The notes under the pieces: model-generated | Told to the model about the DNA's origin: nothing | The model's input: only the letters and a program-made list of their open reading frames with translations | Databases searched by the model: none | Shown here: positions 24,570-37,522 of the stretch, in pieces | Position numbering within the stretch: position 1 is the first letter of the stretch | Layout of the letters: the number at the start of each line of letters is the position of its first letter | Translations under genes and position numbers: made by a program | Source: Eledone cirrhosa | Taxonomy: Eukaryota | DNA: 64,000 nucleotides | NCBI GenBank assembly: GCA_964016885.1 | Contig: OZ024741.1 | Span: 167,338,001 to 167,402,000 of the forward strand | Direction of reading: 5' to 3'

Positions 24570-26113
24570 CTGAAAAGCTGACATGTTAGTTATAAGAATT
24601 TCATAGTCATTTGCTTTTCTGTTACCAAGAAAATTTTGTATATTGCCACGAATGACAGTTATGCTGCCCTTTCCTTGTTATTCGTCTTTCTGATAACTTC
24701 CTCATCATGAACAAGGGTACAAATCTGAGGTCCATCAAACACACCAGCATTAATCTTCTTGAAGGACAAAGCAGGGAATGCAGAGACTATATGTTGAAAA
24801 CATTCACCATTAGTATACAATGCTTTCATCAAGCCCAGCTTGATATGGAGTGGTGGGAAAACAATCTTATCTCGACTGACAATTGGACCATTAACAATAT
24901 TTGGCATGCCTACTTCCAGATCTAGTGTTGGCTGTCCCACATGCAGAGATAGCAAGGATACTTTGTGAAACCTTTCTGTTGACCGAGGAGGAAAGTGACC
25001 ATTTTCAAGTCCAAGATCCAGTTATGTTCATGATATTTTAGTAGGTCAATAACCGTTTTTATGTCATTATATTCTTCTTGTAAATGCACTGAGTGACCAA
25101 CTGGGACAGCTACATAAACATTGCCATTGTGCAGAAGAACACACCATAGGCTGAATAATAAGATGGAATGTCTAATACCTGGAATATCGTGGCAGAAAAC
25201 AAAATGTTTGTCTTCTGAAAAATAAGATACAAAAGTCTGGTCCCGCTTTCAGAAATAGGAAACTTTCGCAGTTGTCTCAAGTAGATGTTTTCCTTGCAGC
25301 CTGGATGTTAACACTTCAGCTGCATTCTTGGAGAGCCCCAGCCCCAGATTATGTACTAAATCATTCAGTTCTGGTTGGTTAAACCTTTGAGGAGTTGACT
25401 CTTCGGCATAAGAGGGGTCTTTGAATTCTGAACTTATTTCTTCAACCTCAATATCATCATTGTGATGTTGTTCACTTCTTTCATCTTCAGATGAGGTTAA
25501 CCCATGAAAAGCTGAACTCGAGAGTGTATGAGAGTGCATAATAGGTTTAATTGCTGATGAAATATTAGGATAAGAGATTTAATGCCTGTTTTCCATGCCA
25601 ATAACCCTTTATCTTGACCAGACAAAAATAACAGTCAGTTCTGTGATCCCTTGGCTCTCGCCACCCTAAAGGAACTCCAAAAGATAGACCCTGCTGTTTC
25701 CATTTTGTCCAGTCACGAAGCCTTTCCTCACAGATATGACTCACAACCAAGGGGCCAGTTTTTTTTCTTGGTCGGCAAGGGGAATTCCAAAATAGGCTTT
25801 TATAAGCTTGTCTCACAAACAATGTTGTATTACGCCTTTGTGAAGGAGCGACAGACATAGTAGAAACTATCAGGATTATTCACACATCGGTGTTTGCTTG
25901 AAGAATCCATTATCAGATCTGAAACATAAATACAATTGTCAATTTTAAGTATGATATATCTCGACAGGTCAAAAACGTATATCTTAAAATTTCAAGAAAA
26001 CCAGATGATATAGAGCAAAACTAATTTCAAATTTGAAATCAACACAAAAAATTAAGCTAGAAACAGGGAAAAAATCTCATGCACTAGAAAAAAGAAAAAA
26101 TTGTTACTTAGTG
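24570..26113 (-). mobile_element. Decayed Chapaev3-like (CMC superfamily) DNA transposon
   Basis: Frameshifted transposase: CVNNPDSF.YVC, FGVP..WREPRDH.TDCYFC, FNQPELNDLV..LGLSK..AE.L.SRL, PPLHIKLGLMK, FP.LS..KI.AGVFDGPQI. Terminus CACTAAGTAACAA at 26113. The superfamily assignment is from memory of these motifs. Confidence 0.7.
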
Positions 26114-26445
26114 CAATCAATGGGATTCCAACTGTGACAATCCTGCCTTTATACAAGTACCTAAGACTACACCATTGAATGCACTCGTCATTATGGATTG
26201 GCAGTATCGGTAGAGGGTCAGACGCCATGCTTTGCAGCAAAGAGTTACGACCCTTTATGGTCTAAGTTCAAATCCCGCCGAGGTTAACTTTGCCTTTCAT
26301 CCTTACGGGGTCGATAAAATAAAGTACCAGTAATACACTGGGATAATTGCTGGCCTTGTGCCAAAAGTAGAAACAAAAATGTTACGTGGCGGGAGGGAAA
26401 TAGTTGGCTGCTATTTCTAGCAGGTTGTGGGAAGATAGGGGGCTA

Positions 26446-28890
26446 AGTAGCCGGTAAGAGGTTATGTAGCCAGTATGAGGGTACGTAGCCAGTAAGAGAC
26501 TATGTAGCCAGTAAAGGCTATGTAGCCGGTATGAGGCTACGTAGCGTACGAGGCTATGTCCGGTATGAGGCTATGTCCGGTATGAGGCTATGTCCAGTAT
26601 GAGGCAATGTAACCGGTATGAGGCAATGTAGCTGGTATGTGTTATGTAGCCGGTAAGAGACTATGTAGAGGGTAGAGGCTATGTAGCCGTTAAAAGGCTA
26701 TGTAGCCGGTAAGAGGCTATGCAGTCAGTAAGAAACTATGTAGCTGATAAAAGCTATGTAGCCAATATACGCTATGCAGCTGGTAAGAGGCTATGTAGCC
26801 GGTAAAAGGCTATGTAGTTGGTAAGAGGTTATGTAGCCGGTAAAAGCTATGTAGCCAATACGAGGCTATGTGGCTAGTAGAGGCTATCTAGCTTGTAAGA
26901 ATCTATGTAGTCGGTAAGAGGCTATGTAGTCGGTAAAATCTATGTAGTCGGTAAAGGCTATATAGCCAATAAAAAGCTATGTAGTCGGTAAGAGGCTATG
27001 TAGCCGGTAAAATTTATGCAGTCAGTATGAGCAATGTAGCCAATATTTAGCTGGAAAGAGGTTATGTAGCCGGTAAGCGGCTATGTAGTTGGTATGAAGC
27101 TACGTAACCAGAAAGAGACTGTGCAGCTGGTAAGAGGCTATATAGCCGTTTTACGGTGGGGAGGAGGGTGTTTTTCGTTGTTGGGACGTTTATCGTTAAA
27201 TGGGGCCCATTTTCATTGGGGAGGAGGTCCATTTTTCGTTGTGGAGGGTCTGTTTTTTGTTGGGGGTGAAAGCAGGGTGTGTTTTTCATTATGAGGTGGG
27301 CTGTGTAGCCGATAAGATATTATGTAGCAGGTATGAAGCTATGTAGCCGGATGAGGCTATGTAGTCGGTAGAAGTTATGTAGGGAATATGAGGTTATGTA
27401 GCCAGTGGAAGCTATGTAGTCAATATGAGGATTTGTAGCTGCTAAGAGGATATATAGCAGAAAAGTGGCTATGCAGGCCATAGAAGCTATGTAGGCAATA
27501 TGAAGCTATGTAGCCGGTAAAAGGCTATGTAGCCGGTAAGATGCTATGTAGCCAGTAAGATGCTATGTAATCGGTAAGAGGCTATGTAGCCGGAAAAAAG
27601 CTACGTAGACGGTAAAAGCTATGTAGTTGGTAAGTGGCTGTGGCCGGTAAGAGGCTATGTTGCCGGTAAGATGCTATATAGCCATTTTGGGTTGGGGGGT
27701 GTTCATTTTTCGTTGCAGTGGTCCTTTCTTCGTTGGGAGAGGGGGTCCGTTTTTGGTTAAGGGGTCATTTCTTTGTGGGGGGAAGTGAGGGGTGTCCGTT
27801 TTTCGCTGAAGGAGGAGGGTCCGTTTTTCGTTGAGGGGAGGGGTTGTTTTTCTTTGAGGGATGGGTATCCGTTTATCATCGGGTGGCGGGGGGCGGGGGC
27901 GTTTTCGTTAGGGATGGGGTTCGTTTTTCTTTGTGATTTGTGGTCTTTTGTTGGGGTGCATTTTTTGTTGGTGGGTCCGTTTTTCGATTGGCAGGGGGAC
28001 CATTTTTCGTTGGAGTGTCAGTATTTTTTGTTTTTGTTTTTTTAGTGTTGGGTTGAGGGGTGGAGTGTTTTCGTTTTTCGTACGGGGGGAGTCCAGTTTT
28101 CATTGAAGGTCGTGGGTCCATTTTTCGTTCGGCATGGGTCAGCGTTTTACGTTGGAGGGTTGGTTTTTCGTTGGAAGTTGATTCGTTTTTCGTTGGATGG
28201 GAGGGGGGTCCCTTTTTCGTTGTGAGGTCTGTTTTTCGAAGTGGAGTGTCTGTTTTTCGTTATGTGTGGGGGCTGTGTAGCCAGTATGAAGTTATGTAGC
28301 CGGTAAGTGGCTATGTAGCCGGTAAAAGATATGTCGCTGTTTTTCGATGGGGGGGGGGGGTCCGTTTTTCATTGGTGGAGCCCGTTTTTATGTGGGGGTG
28401 CGTTTTCTGTTGAAGAGGGAGGGCCGTTTTTTGTTGGGGTTTGGGGTCCGTTTTTCGTTGGGGGTCAGCATTTTGTTTGTTTGGGGGATGGGGGTTGAGG
28501 GGTGGAGTGTTTTCGTTTGTCGTAGGGGGGAGTCCATTTTACGCTGAAAGTGGGGGTTCCGTTTTTCGATGGGAGGGGGGGGGGGTCGTTGGGGGGTCCG
28601 TTTTTCGTTCGGGGGTTCCGATTTTCGTTATGAGTGGGGGCTGTGTAGCCGGTATGAGGTCATGTAGCCGGTAAGAAGCTATGTAGCCTGTAAGAGGCTA
28701 TGTAGCTGTTTTTCGTTGGGGGGTATCCGTTCTTTGTTGGGGTAATCCGTTTTCCGCTGGGAGTGCGTTTTTCATTGTGGGGTCCATTTTTCGTTCAGGG
28801 GTCCGTTTTCCGTTGAAGAGGGGGAGGGGGCGCTTTTTGTTGGAGTTTGGGGTCCGTTTTTTGTTGAAGGGTGGGTATCTGTTTTTCGAT
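26446..28890. repeat. Composite minisatellite: ~20-bp GGCTATGTAGCCGGTAAGA blocks alternating with GGGGGTCCGTTTTTCGTT blocks
   Basis: Type 1 at 26446-27148, 27299-27683, 28271-28337, 28640-28706; type 2 in between and up to 28890. Confidence 0.9.
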
Positions 28891-29038
28891 ATGGAGTGGT
28901 GGGAAAACAATCTTATCTCGACTGACGATAGTGTCTAGACAAATGTATCCACATTATGCGTGTTTGTATGATTATATAGGCACAATGGTATAAGAAGATC
29001 TAATAGAAAAGTTGTCATGAGATTGATTCTTACCCTCC

Positions 29039-29072
<34 letters not shown>

Positions 29073-29481
29073 CTCGGGGGTAACCACAGTAAGTAAGGTA
29101 CTCAATACATAGCAGAGTATAAATATTTAATATAGAAATGGCTTCTACAGAACTAGAAATATTTCATTCAAAGGAAATCATCAGGAAAGTGGACTGTCAC
29201 TGTGATATGGTGGTATTTATACATTCTCTGTTGGTAGGGGAAAGTGATGATTAGGATGGGTGGAGTTCATTGGCTGATGGATTTAACCCTTTGGCATTTA
29301 AACCGGCCATATCCGGCCAGAATTCTCTCATTTCTTTCTGTTCCAACCAGCCGTAACCACCTGCTCATACTAAAGCTAAAGTATTTTTCTCAAAATAAAT
29401 AATATCAAATTCTCATACATTTGATGTTATGTGAGATAATTATATAAGGTAAAGCCTTTACTGCGAAAATACAATAGTATA

Positions 29482-31860
29482 CAGTGGCGGATTGGGTCTA
29501 AAAATATTGGTTGCCAGATGAAGGGGGCCCACCTACATATAGTTTGCTATCATTTAATTTTTATAACAAATAAATAACATTTTCGAAAAATACATAAGTG
29601 GAAACAAAACAGCGCAATCAAGTTTTTGCAGAAAAAAATCTTACCTTCTCCAATAAAAAATATGTATTTTGCGAAATCCAGAGATTTTCAATAATGACCA
29701 GAGATCGACCCTAAATATTACTAATAGCTCTAGGAAAGCCATGAACGACAGCATATCTTTTTAACTTTGATTTTGAAAGTAGGTTTATAATTATCAATTT
29801 TCATTATACTTGTGTAGCTGTCTCGATGGCCTAGTTAGAGGAATCATAGACGGCGATGATCCTGGTCTGAAGTTTGATCCTAGTTGGGAGTAGGGTTCCC
29901 AGTAAACCTTTTCATTTTTTTTCTGTTGGTTATAAAATAAAAACTGAAAAGGTTACATGCACCTCTTGACCAGGATTGAAGCAAATTCCTTATTTTACTG
30001 CAGGAATAACAGAAAAACAACTACTATCACAATCAACAAAAACAATGCAAATTCCTTGCTACAAACGAAATAGTTAGAAATGGTAAATGATTTAATGAGA
30101 CACTTGTTTCTGCTTATTGTGCGATAACTTCTCCACATCAGGTGAAATATTTGTCGATGACAGGAGCAAAACATCATCCAGTTGTCGTCACGCAACCTTG
30201 TTCTTAAATGACTTTTAATATATTTCATTTTGGAAAAAAGTTGTTCACAAGCATATGTACTTCCAAATAATGATATCATCAGTTTCGCATTAGTCAAGAT
30301 GTTTTTATATTTTCCGCTTGGCAATATATATTTCTGGTAGAAATCAGCAGTGGATTCGAACTGAAATTTCGATTTCAAAGATTCGTCGCACTGTAAGTCC
30401 AACTGATATTCTTCTGCCACTTGCTCCACATCTGTTTCGTAAGGAGTACCAAATAACTTAAATAGAGTTCCATATTGCCGGAAGTCAGCAAAACGAGAGG
30501 AAAACTCGCCTCTCAAATCCTTAATAGAGCTCACAAAGATGTCTGGTATTATATCTCTCTTGTGATTTTGGAGACTTGGAAAATGAGAGTAGTTTCCTTT
30601 TTGAAGTTGTGATTCCCACAGTCGAAGTTTTCTCTCAAAAGCAGTAATTTGACCAAACATCTCAAATACAACCTTGTTCTTTCCTTGAAGCTCAAGATTC
30701 AAAGTGTTCATGTGAGTCGTGATGTCCACTAAAAAAGCTAACTTGACAACCCACTGTGGATCCTGAAAGTAAGAATTATCTTGGTCTTTGCTCTCTAAAA
30801 TCATAGAAATCTCTTCTCTCAATGCATATACTCGTTCTATCATTTTTCCGCGGCTAAGCCATCGAACATTTAAAAAATGGGTAAGGTCCCCATACTCTGC
30901 TTCAATTTGTTTTAGAAATTCTTGAAACTGGCGGTGATTTAGTCTTCTTGACAGTATAAAATTCACTGTTTTCACGACCACTGCCATGATGTCCTTAAAA
31001 TTCAGTGACTTTGCACATAATGCTTCTTGATGAATAATGCAATGAAGTTTGATTAGCTTTTGATCAATACCGATGTGGTTTTGGAGCAATGCAACAAACC
31101 CCTTTTTCTCTCCAACCATTGCTGGTGCTCCATCTGTGACTACTCCAGAAAGCTTTGATAAATTCAGATTCATTTCGGTAATCCATTTTATCATGCTCTC
31201 CAAAATATCTGCTCCAGTGCTAGTGTCCTTCATAGGAATCAATTGTATAAATTCTTCCACAATATCAAATGTTGGTGTTACACCGTCACAAACACTGCAA
31301 GTTGACAAGTATCCTTCATATCTGTGGTTTCATCGATAGCAATGGAATAATACTCCAGATTATTTAAAATGCCCTCCAAGCCACTTCTGACATTTGCTGC
31401 CAGCTCTTCAATTCGCCTTGTTACTGTTCTTGCCGATAAGCAAGAATAATTCCCTTTTTTCTGGACAAACAACATCTGCTACCTTCAACAATAATTCTTT
31501 GAAGAAATCTCCATCAGTAAAAGGTTTCATCCTTTCTGCAATTAGTTTTGACACCTCGTAGCTAGCACGAGTGTTTCGGTCACTTTCTTCAACTTTTGTA
31601 GTGAAAAAGAATGATTGTTACATTATTTCTCAGCCATGCAACTTCGTTTACTCGTGCTTTTCCAGTAAAACTGTTGTAATGATTATGACGAGTTTCATAG
31701 TGCCGTTTAATATTTGAAACTTTCTTCGCGGCAATGGTTTCTTGACAAATTAAGCAAACACATTTTCCGAAGTGCTCAATGAAAAATTAGCTAAGTGTCC
31801 AGCCACCGTTAAAAGTTCGGCACTCCAAATCCACTTTTCTTTTTGTTCAAACAAAAAAGA
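29482..31860 (-). mobile_element. hAT (Charlie/SPIN, GTF2IRD2-like) transposon with frameshifted transposase
   Basis: CLIC...NIKRHYETRH finger, YSIAIDETTD, TDGAPAM, HCIIHQEALC, VRWLSRG, FGSTYACEQLFS. Frameshifts near 31620, 31290 and 30180. hAT-like terminus CAGTGGCGGA at 29482. Confidence 0.88.
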
Positions 31861-32102
31861 TTTATGGAAAGGAAAAAGAACAAAAAGTATAATAATCAGA
31901 ATGAAGAAATAAGAAACAATGAAAACAAATGTAAATGCAAATAGAGTAATGCGATAAAATATGATAATTGTGAATAAATTATATAAAACCAGGTTTCTAA
32001 CGACGTTGTTAGATTAGGGTTGCCATTTGTTTTTTTAAACCACTTTCGACCTAATTCTAATAATAATAATTCACACTATTTAAGAACTAATCGTGGAAAA
32101 CC

Positions 32103-33735
32103 TGCATGCCTGGAAGAGGCACCACTGATGCCCTCTTCCTTGTGAGGCAATTACAGGAAAAGTACCTAGCTAAAAGTAAGCCACTCTACTTGGCATTTGT
32201 CGACCTTCAGAAAGCCTTTGACAGAGTTCCACGTGCTGTAATCTGGTGGGCTCTTAGAAAACTAGGAGTAGATGAATGGCTTGTGAAAGCGGTACAAGCC
32301 ATGTATAGGGGAGCAGTCAGAAAAGTTAGGATTAGCAATGAGTATAGCGAGGAATTTAGCGTACAGGTTGGGGTCCACCAGGGCTCTGTTCTTAGCCCTC
32401 TCCTGTTCATCATAGTCCTGCAGGCAATAACGGAGGAGTTTAAGACCAGATGCCCATGGGAACTCCTGTATACTGATGACCTCGCACTCATAGCTGAATC
32501 TATGGTAGAACTAGAGAATAAATTCCAAACCTGGAAGCAGGGACTAGAGAGAAAGGGTCTCAAAGTCAACATGACCAAGACTAAGGTCCTTGTAAGTAGA
32601 CGAGAAAACAGAACCCAGATCCCCTCGGGGAAATGGCCTTGTTCAGTATGTAGGAAAGGTGTAGGTAGGAACTCCATTCTCTGCCCCAAATGCAAACAAT
32701 GGGTACACAAGAGATGTAGCGGGATCTCAGGAAGCTTAATTAAGAATGTAGGATTCACATGCAGCAGCTGTGCCGAAACAGCAAGCAGCAAACAGCCACA
32801 GGAAACAAGTACCACTAATCTCTGGGAGGGCCCTGTAGAAACAGTAGACAGCTTCTGCTACCTAGGTGACCGAATTGGCAGCGGAGGTGGGTGTTCAGAA
32901 AGTACAATAACTAGGGTAAGAACGGGATGGAAGAAGTTTAGGGAACTACTACCACTGCTAGCTGCAAAAGGCTTCTCCCTCAGAATGAAAGGCACACTGT
33001 ATGATGCGTGTATCCGAACAGCGATGTTGCATGGTAGTGAGACCTGGGCGCTGAAGGTGGAAGACTTGCGTAGATTAGAGAGAAACAAAGCCTGCATGCT
33101 CCGATGGATGTGTAACAGTAATATACATGAACGACAAAGCATAAATGAATTGAGAGAGAGACTGAGCATAAGAGGAATCAAATGCTGTGTGCAGGAGAGG
33201 CGGTTGCGCTGGTATGGACATGTGATGCGTATGAAGGATGACAGCTGCATAAAAAGGTGCAGAGCACTAGAAGTTGATGGTAACCGCGGAGTGGGGAGAC
33301 CCAAGATGACCTGGGATGAGGTGATAAAAGCCGACCTTACCCAACTACACCTCTCAAAGACAATGACACACGACCGTGACTTCTGGCGTCACGCAGTAAT
33401 ACAGAGTACTCGACCTCCCATGGGTACATGCTGAAGCATATAAACAATATGCCCCCACACCCCCCACTGCAGGGTGGTCGTGGAGGTGCCACGGCAAAAA
33501 AGCACCCAGCCCACACTGTAAAGTGGACGTGTAGGCGCCATGAAAAAGCACCCAGCACTCACTGTAAATGAGGTTGGTGTTAGGAAGGGCATCCAGCTGT
33601 AGAAATCAAGCCAGATCAGTTCCTGTATGAGCAAGGCATGGTCAGCCGACCAGACACTGCACACAACAGGACAACCCGTCTAACCCATGCTAGCGTGGAA
33701 GAACGGACGTAAAACGGTGATGATGATGATGATGA
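32103..33735 (+). mobile_element. 5'-truncated RTE-clade LINE; open 442-codon RT to C-terminal frame (32106-33434), 3' UTR, (GAT)n tail
   Basis: FVDLQKAFDRV, GVHQGSVLSPLLF, LYTDDL, YLG, RRLRWYGHV, GRPKMTW; internal CSVC...CPKC..WVHKRC...CSSC finger. Confidence 0.93.
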
Positions 33736-33797
33736 TATATATTATATATAAAATAAAATAAAATAAGTCAAATGTTTAAAATTTGGCTTCGTTTATT

Positions 33798-33852
33798 ACT
33801 GCTATATATATTTCGGTGACAGCCATCTTTGGCTGTGACCTCTTCAGGCAGT
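33798..33852 (-). ncRNA. Type I hammerhead ribozyme (family I)
   Basis: ACUGC-CUGAAGA-GGUcACAGCCA(aaga)UGGCUGUcACC-GAAA-UAUAUA-UA/GCAGU; 5-bp stem I, ~10-bp stem II. Confidence 0.85.
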
Positions 33853-34828
33853 CCGAATTAGTGTGGTAGAGACGAGTACACATGTTGTTGAGGTGTTTAA
33901 CTTTGTCAATACTCTGATATGTCCAGTTCCTGGTTGGGTTGTTATTTCACTGAGGAACTGGAATCATATGAATTTAAACAAACGAATTTCAGTGTCAAAG
34001 GGCCTCTTCTCCTCTCATTGGTCAGTTGTTAGAACATTCCTCAGTCAAAAGTCTATAGAGATTCGTTCTGAGGCAAGCCAATCTGTAGTGGTTGTTCTTG
34101 TTATTGTTAGGTACATCTGACCTCTATATGGTTCTATGTATGTATATATATATGTATAAGTCAAATCACTCTTGAGTGCTACTGGTAACATGTAAGCCAG
34201 TACAACCTGTCAACGGTGACTAAACTGGAAACCTTACCAAGTTTACTTGGTAAGGAGCATGATTTTGGACACCCTGCGGGACAAAAAACAAAACCTGACA
34301 AAGGGCAGAACTCATAAGAGTCAACAACCATCCAAAAATGTGTAAATATGTATATACATGTATGCATGTATATACATATATGTGTATATACATATTTACA
34401 TACTTTATATATGTATATACATGTATGCATGTGTATGTGTATGCACGGGGACATAGAAATAGTCGGGCTGGACACCCTATCGCGCGGTTGAACCACTCGG
34501 AGTGAAGGAACCCTAGCCTTTGTTAGGGCATTCTTCTAGGTCCTAGAATCTAGGAGAAGGCAACTCAGGAAACAGGGATAACTCTGATATAAAACCTGCG
34601 GCTCAGTAGTTACCGATGATGTTGATCTTTTCTTCTTTTCGGGTTATAGCTACTGTCGCTCAGAGAGTGGGATTGGCTCAGTGCACAGTCTTTCCTCACT
34701 TTAAAAAAATCTCCATGCACAGGCATTGCATGATAGCATTAATTGATAATTATTAATAATGTTATATCGCGCAATGGCCATACTTGATAACGAGGGGGGC
34801 AGCAATCATATATATATGGGTATATATG

Positions 34829-34860
<32 letters not shown>

Positions 34861-34931
34861 TATAGTTATATATATATATATATATAGTTATATATATATA
34901 TATATATAGTTATATATATATATATATATAG

Positions 34932-34967
<36 letters not shown>

Positions 34968-35563
34968 ATACTTGGGGAGGATGATATTGTTGTAATACTA
35001 TTGCCAGAAATAATAACAGAACACACTCACTGTTTGGTTGGTTTTCGCTTCTGCATCTTTTATATCTCCATAGTTAGTTCATTTGGCCATCAATGTTTAT
35101 GATTGACTGACCAACGGTCAAAAATACAGATACAAATATATATTCATTAGTTAAGCAAAACAAGACCTTGTTCTGCTTAACTAATGAATATTTTCAGGTC
35201 TGTGCACCTAATCTCCGCATAAACCCAGCCTCTAGCTGCCTTCCACTGCATATTGCACATCGAGCACATGCCTTTATCGTTTTGGCTTCTAACACCTTCA
35301 CCAATCTCTCTTCTCCTCTCCTATCTCCATCTCTCTCTTTAAGATTGGTTTACTCTCGAACTGGATATAAATATATATATATAGTCTAACAAAGTTCTTT
35401 CGTTGCACATCTGCAACATCATCAATGGTACTATTATCATGTTTCGACACACGATTGCATATCAAAAACCTCACAAAACAGATGTATATATATGTATATA
35501 TATATATATATATATATGTAAAAGAAATCAAAGAACGCCTACATACTCATACAATTTTTATTT

Positions 35564-35608
35564 GCTGACAATGTTTCATCTATACCATGGGGCAGGAATC
35601 ATCAGAGC
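35564..35608 (-). ncRNA. Type I hammerhead ribozyme (family K), weak stem II
   Basis: GCU-CUGAUGA-UUCCUGCCCCAUGGUAUAGAU-GAAA-CAUUG-UC/AGC. Confidence 0.6.
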
Positions 35609-35637
35609 TTTATAAACAAAAATACAGTGCTGATACG

Positions 35638-35719
<82 letters not shown>

Positions 35720-36059
35720 TGTGTATGGGTATTGTATGTTTGAGTGCTTATGTCTATTTGTATATGTATGTATACATTTGTTTACTTCCATATGTATTTA
35801 TATTGAGAGGGAAGCCATAGATTGTACAAGACACATGGTATATTGTGTATATATACCAAATACATATTCTACAGAAAAATGTGTATATATATATGTGTAT
35901 GTATGTATGTGTTTATGTGTGTATATACGTGTATGTATGTGTGCATATGTGTGTATATGTATATATATGTATATACATATGTATGTGTGTGGGCGGGTGG
36001 GTGTTATTGTATAGACATATGTATGTGTATATGTGAGTGTATCTGTATGTATGTGTGTG

Positions 36060-36094
<35 letters not shown>

Positions 36095-36717
36095 GTGTGT
36101 GTGTATATATATATGTATATATTCTACAAATACGTCGAGAAAACAGTCCTTTTTTCTGAGGTGTTTCTTGAAAAGCTGATTTGCTTTACAACAATATTTC
36201 ATTTCTATAATGCACAATTATTACATATGGATCAGTGTAACTGCAGTCGTGACTTTGAAGAAAAAATAGGTATATTTTTGTCTATTATTTCCTCTTATTT
36301 TGTAATTTGATACATATATATATATATGTGTGCATGTGTGTGTGTATATACAGATATATATATATGTGTATATGTATATATATGTAAATGTATCTATATG
36401 CGTGTATATATATGTATATATATATGTGTGTATGATTGTACACACCTTACCATTTGCAAACTTTACCACCCTTTAATAGAACATCCTGATTCAGCCACTT
36501 AATGAAAACCCTTTGTTTGCTTAGATAAATGAACCTTGAATATTAGGAGTGCCTGCATTTATATCTTTCTGTATCACTATGTATTTTTCTCTAAATATAG
36601 TTTTTCAAATAACCCCATTCTTTAAATCCATCAGCCAATGACCTCCACCCATGCCAATCACCACCTACCCCAATCAACAGAAAATGTATAAATACCACCA
36701 TATCCCATTGACAGTCG

Positions 36718-36768
36718 GCTTTCCTGATGATTGCCTTCAAATGAAACAGTTCTAGTCCTGTGGAAGCC
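36718..36768 (+). ncRNA. Type I hammerhead ribozyme (family C), damaged copy
   Basis: GCUUUC-CUGAUGA-UUG(ccuu)CAAAU-GAAA-CAG(uucuaguc)CUG-UG/GAAGCC. Other copies at ~8108-8150(-), 14345-14430 (fold-back) and 29140-29189(-) have GUA at the cleavage site but other lesions. Confidence 0.6.
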
Positions 36769-37281
36769 ATTTCTATATTAAATATATATATATATACATA
36801 TATTTTTATTTTATTTTTTTTTTTCATTTTACATCCGCTTTTTCCTGCTTGCAAGGGTGGGACGGAAACTGATTCTGGCTTGATTTCTACAGCTGAATGC
36901 CCTTCTTAACACCAACCTCATTTACAGTGAGTGCTGGGTGCTTTTTTTCCGTGGCGCCTACACGACCACTTTACAGTCGAAGGATAGGGACCCCTCATTT
37001 CTACAGGTGAGTAAACTGGAGCAATGTGAAATAAAGTGTCTTGCTCAAGGAAACAACACATCACCCGGTCTGAGAATTGAATACACAACCTTTCGATTGC
37101 AAGGCCAATCCTCTAACCACTAAGCCATGATATATATATTTATTATACTTATTCACCAACCAACCAAATTACTTCTCTAAAAACCTAGCATTTCGAGCCA
37201 CTTTTTTCCATATAAAACAGAAGTAACATTCAAACACCAACCAGATGTGAGAAAAACCACAAACCCTCCATCTCAATTCTA

Positions 37282-37317
37282 CTTTTGAAAAGCAGAAGAA
37301 CTGCGAAACCGGTAAAG
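37282..37317 (+). ncRNA. Minimal hammerhead ribozyme with U3-A8 core (family L, copy 1)
   Basis: CUU-UUGAAAA-GCAG(aagaa)CUGC-GAAA-CCGG-UA/AAG; the surrounding ~150 bp is repeated at 62336-62482. Confidence 0.65.
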
Positions 37318-37391
37318 GAACCAAATAAATATATATTTTTAAAAAAAAAGTCTCCAGTTGCATTTTCGATTTCATCTTTTTTCCTTATATA

Positions 37392-37496
<105 letters not shown>

Positions 37497-37522
37497 TTAG
37501 GGAGATACTTAGGGATATATAT

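Noticed and set aside
26446-27683. CRISPR-like appearance of palindromic 20-bp repeats
   Set aside because: Units are contiguous and degenerate, with no unique spacers, no cas genes and a eukaryotic context.
32207-33304. Antisense ORFs of 202 and 148 aa
   Set aside because: Shadows of the RTE reading frame on the opposite strand.
33863-34125. Possible Penelope GIY-YIG coding remnant upstream of the family I hammerhead
   Set aside because: I could not recognise GIY-YIG or RT motifs by eye; it needs a tBLASTn or HMM search.
35389-35428. HHR-like motif on the minus strand (UUGAUGA, GUUGCA/UGCAAC, GAAA)
   Set aside because: C3U is uncompensated and stems I and III are poor; a relic at best.
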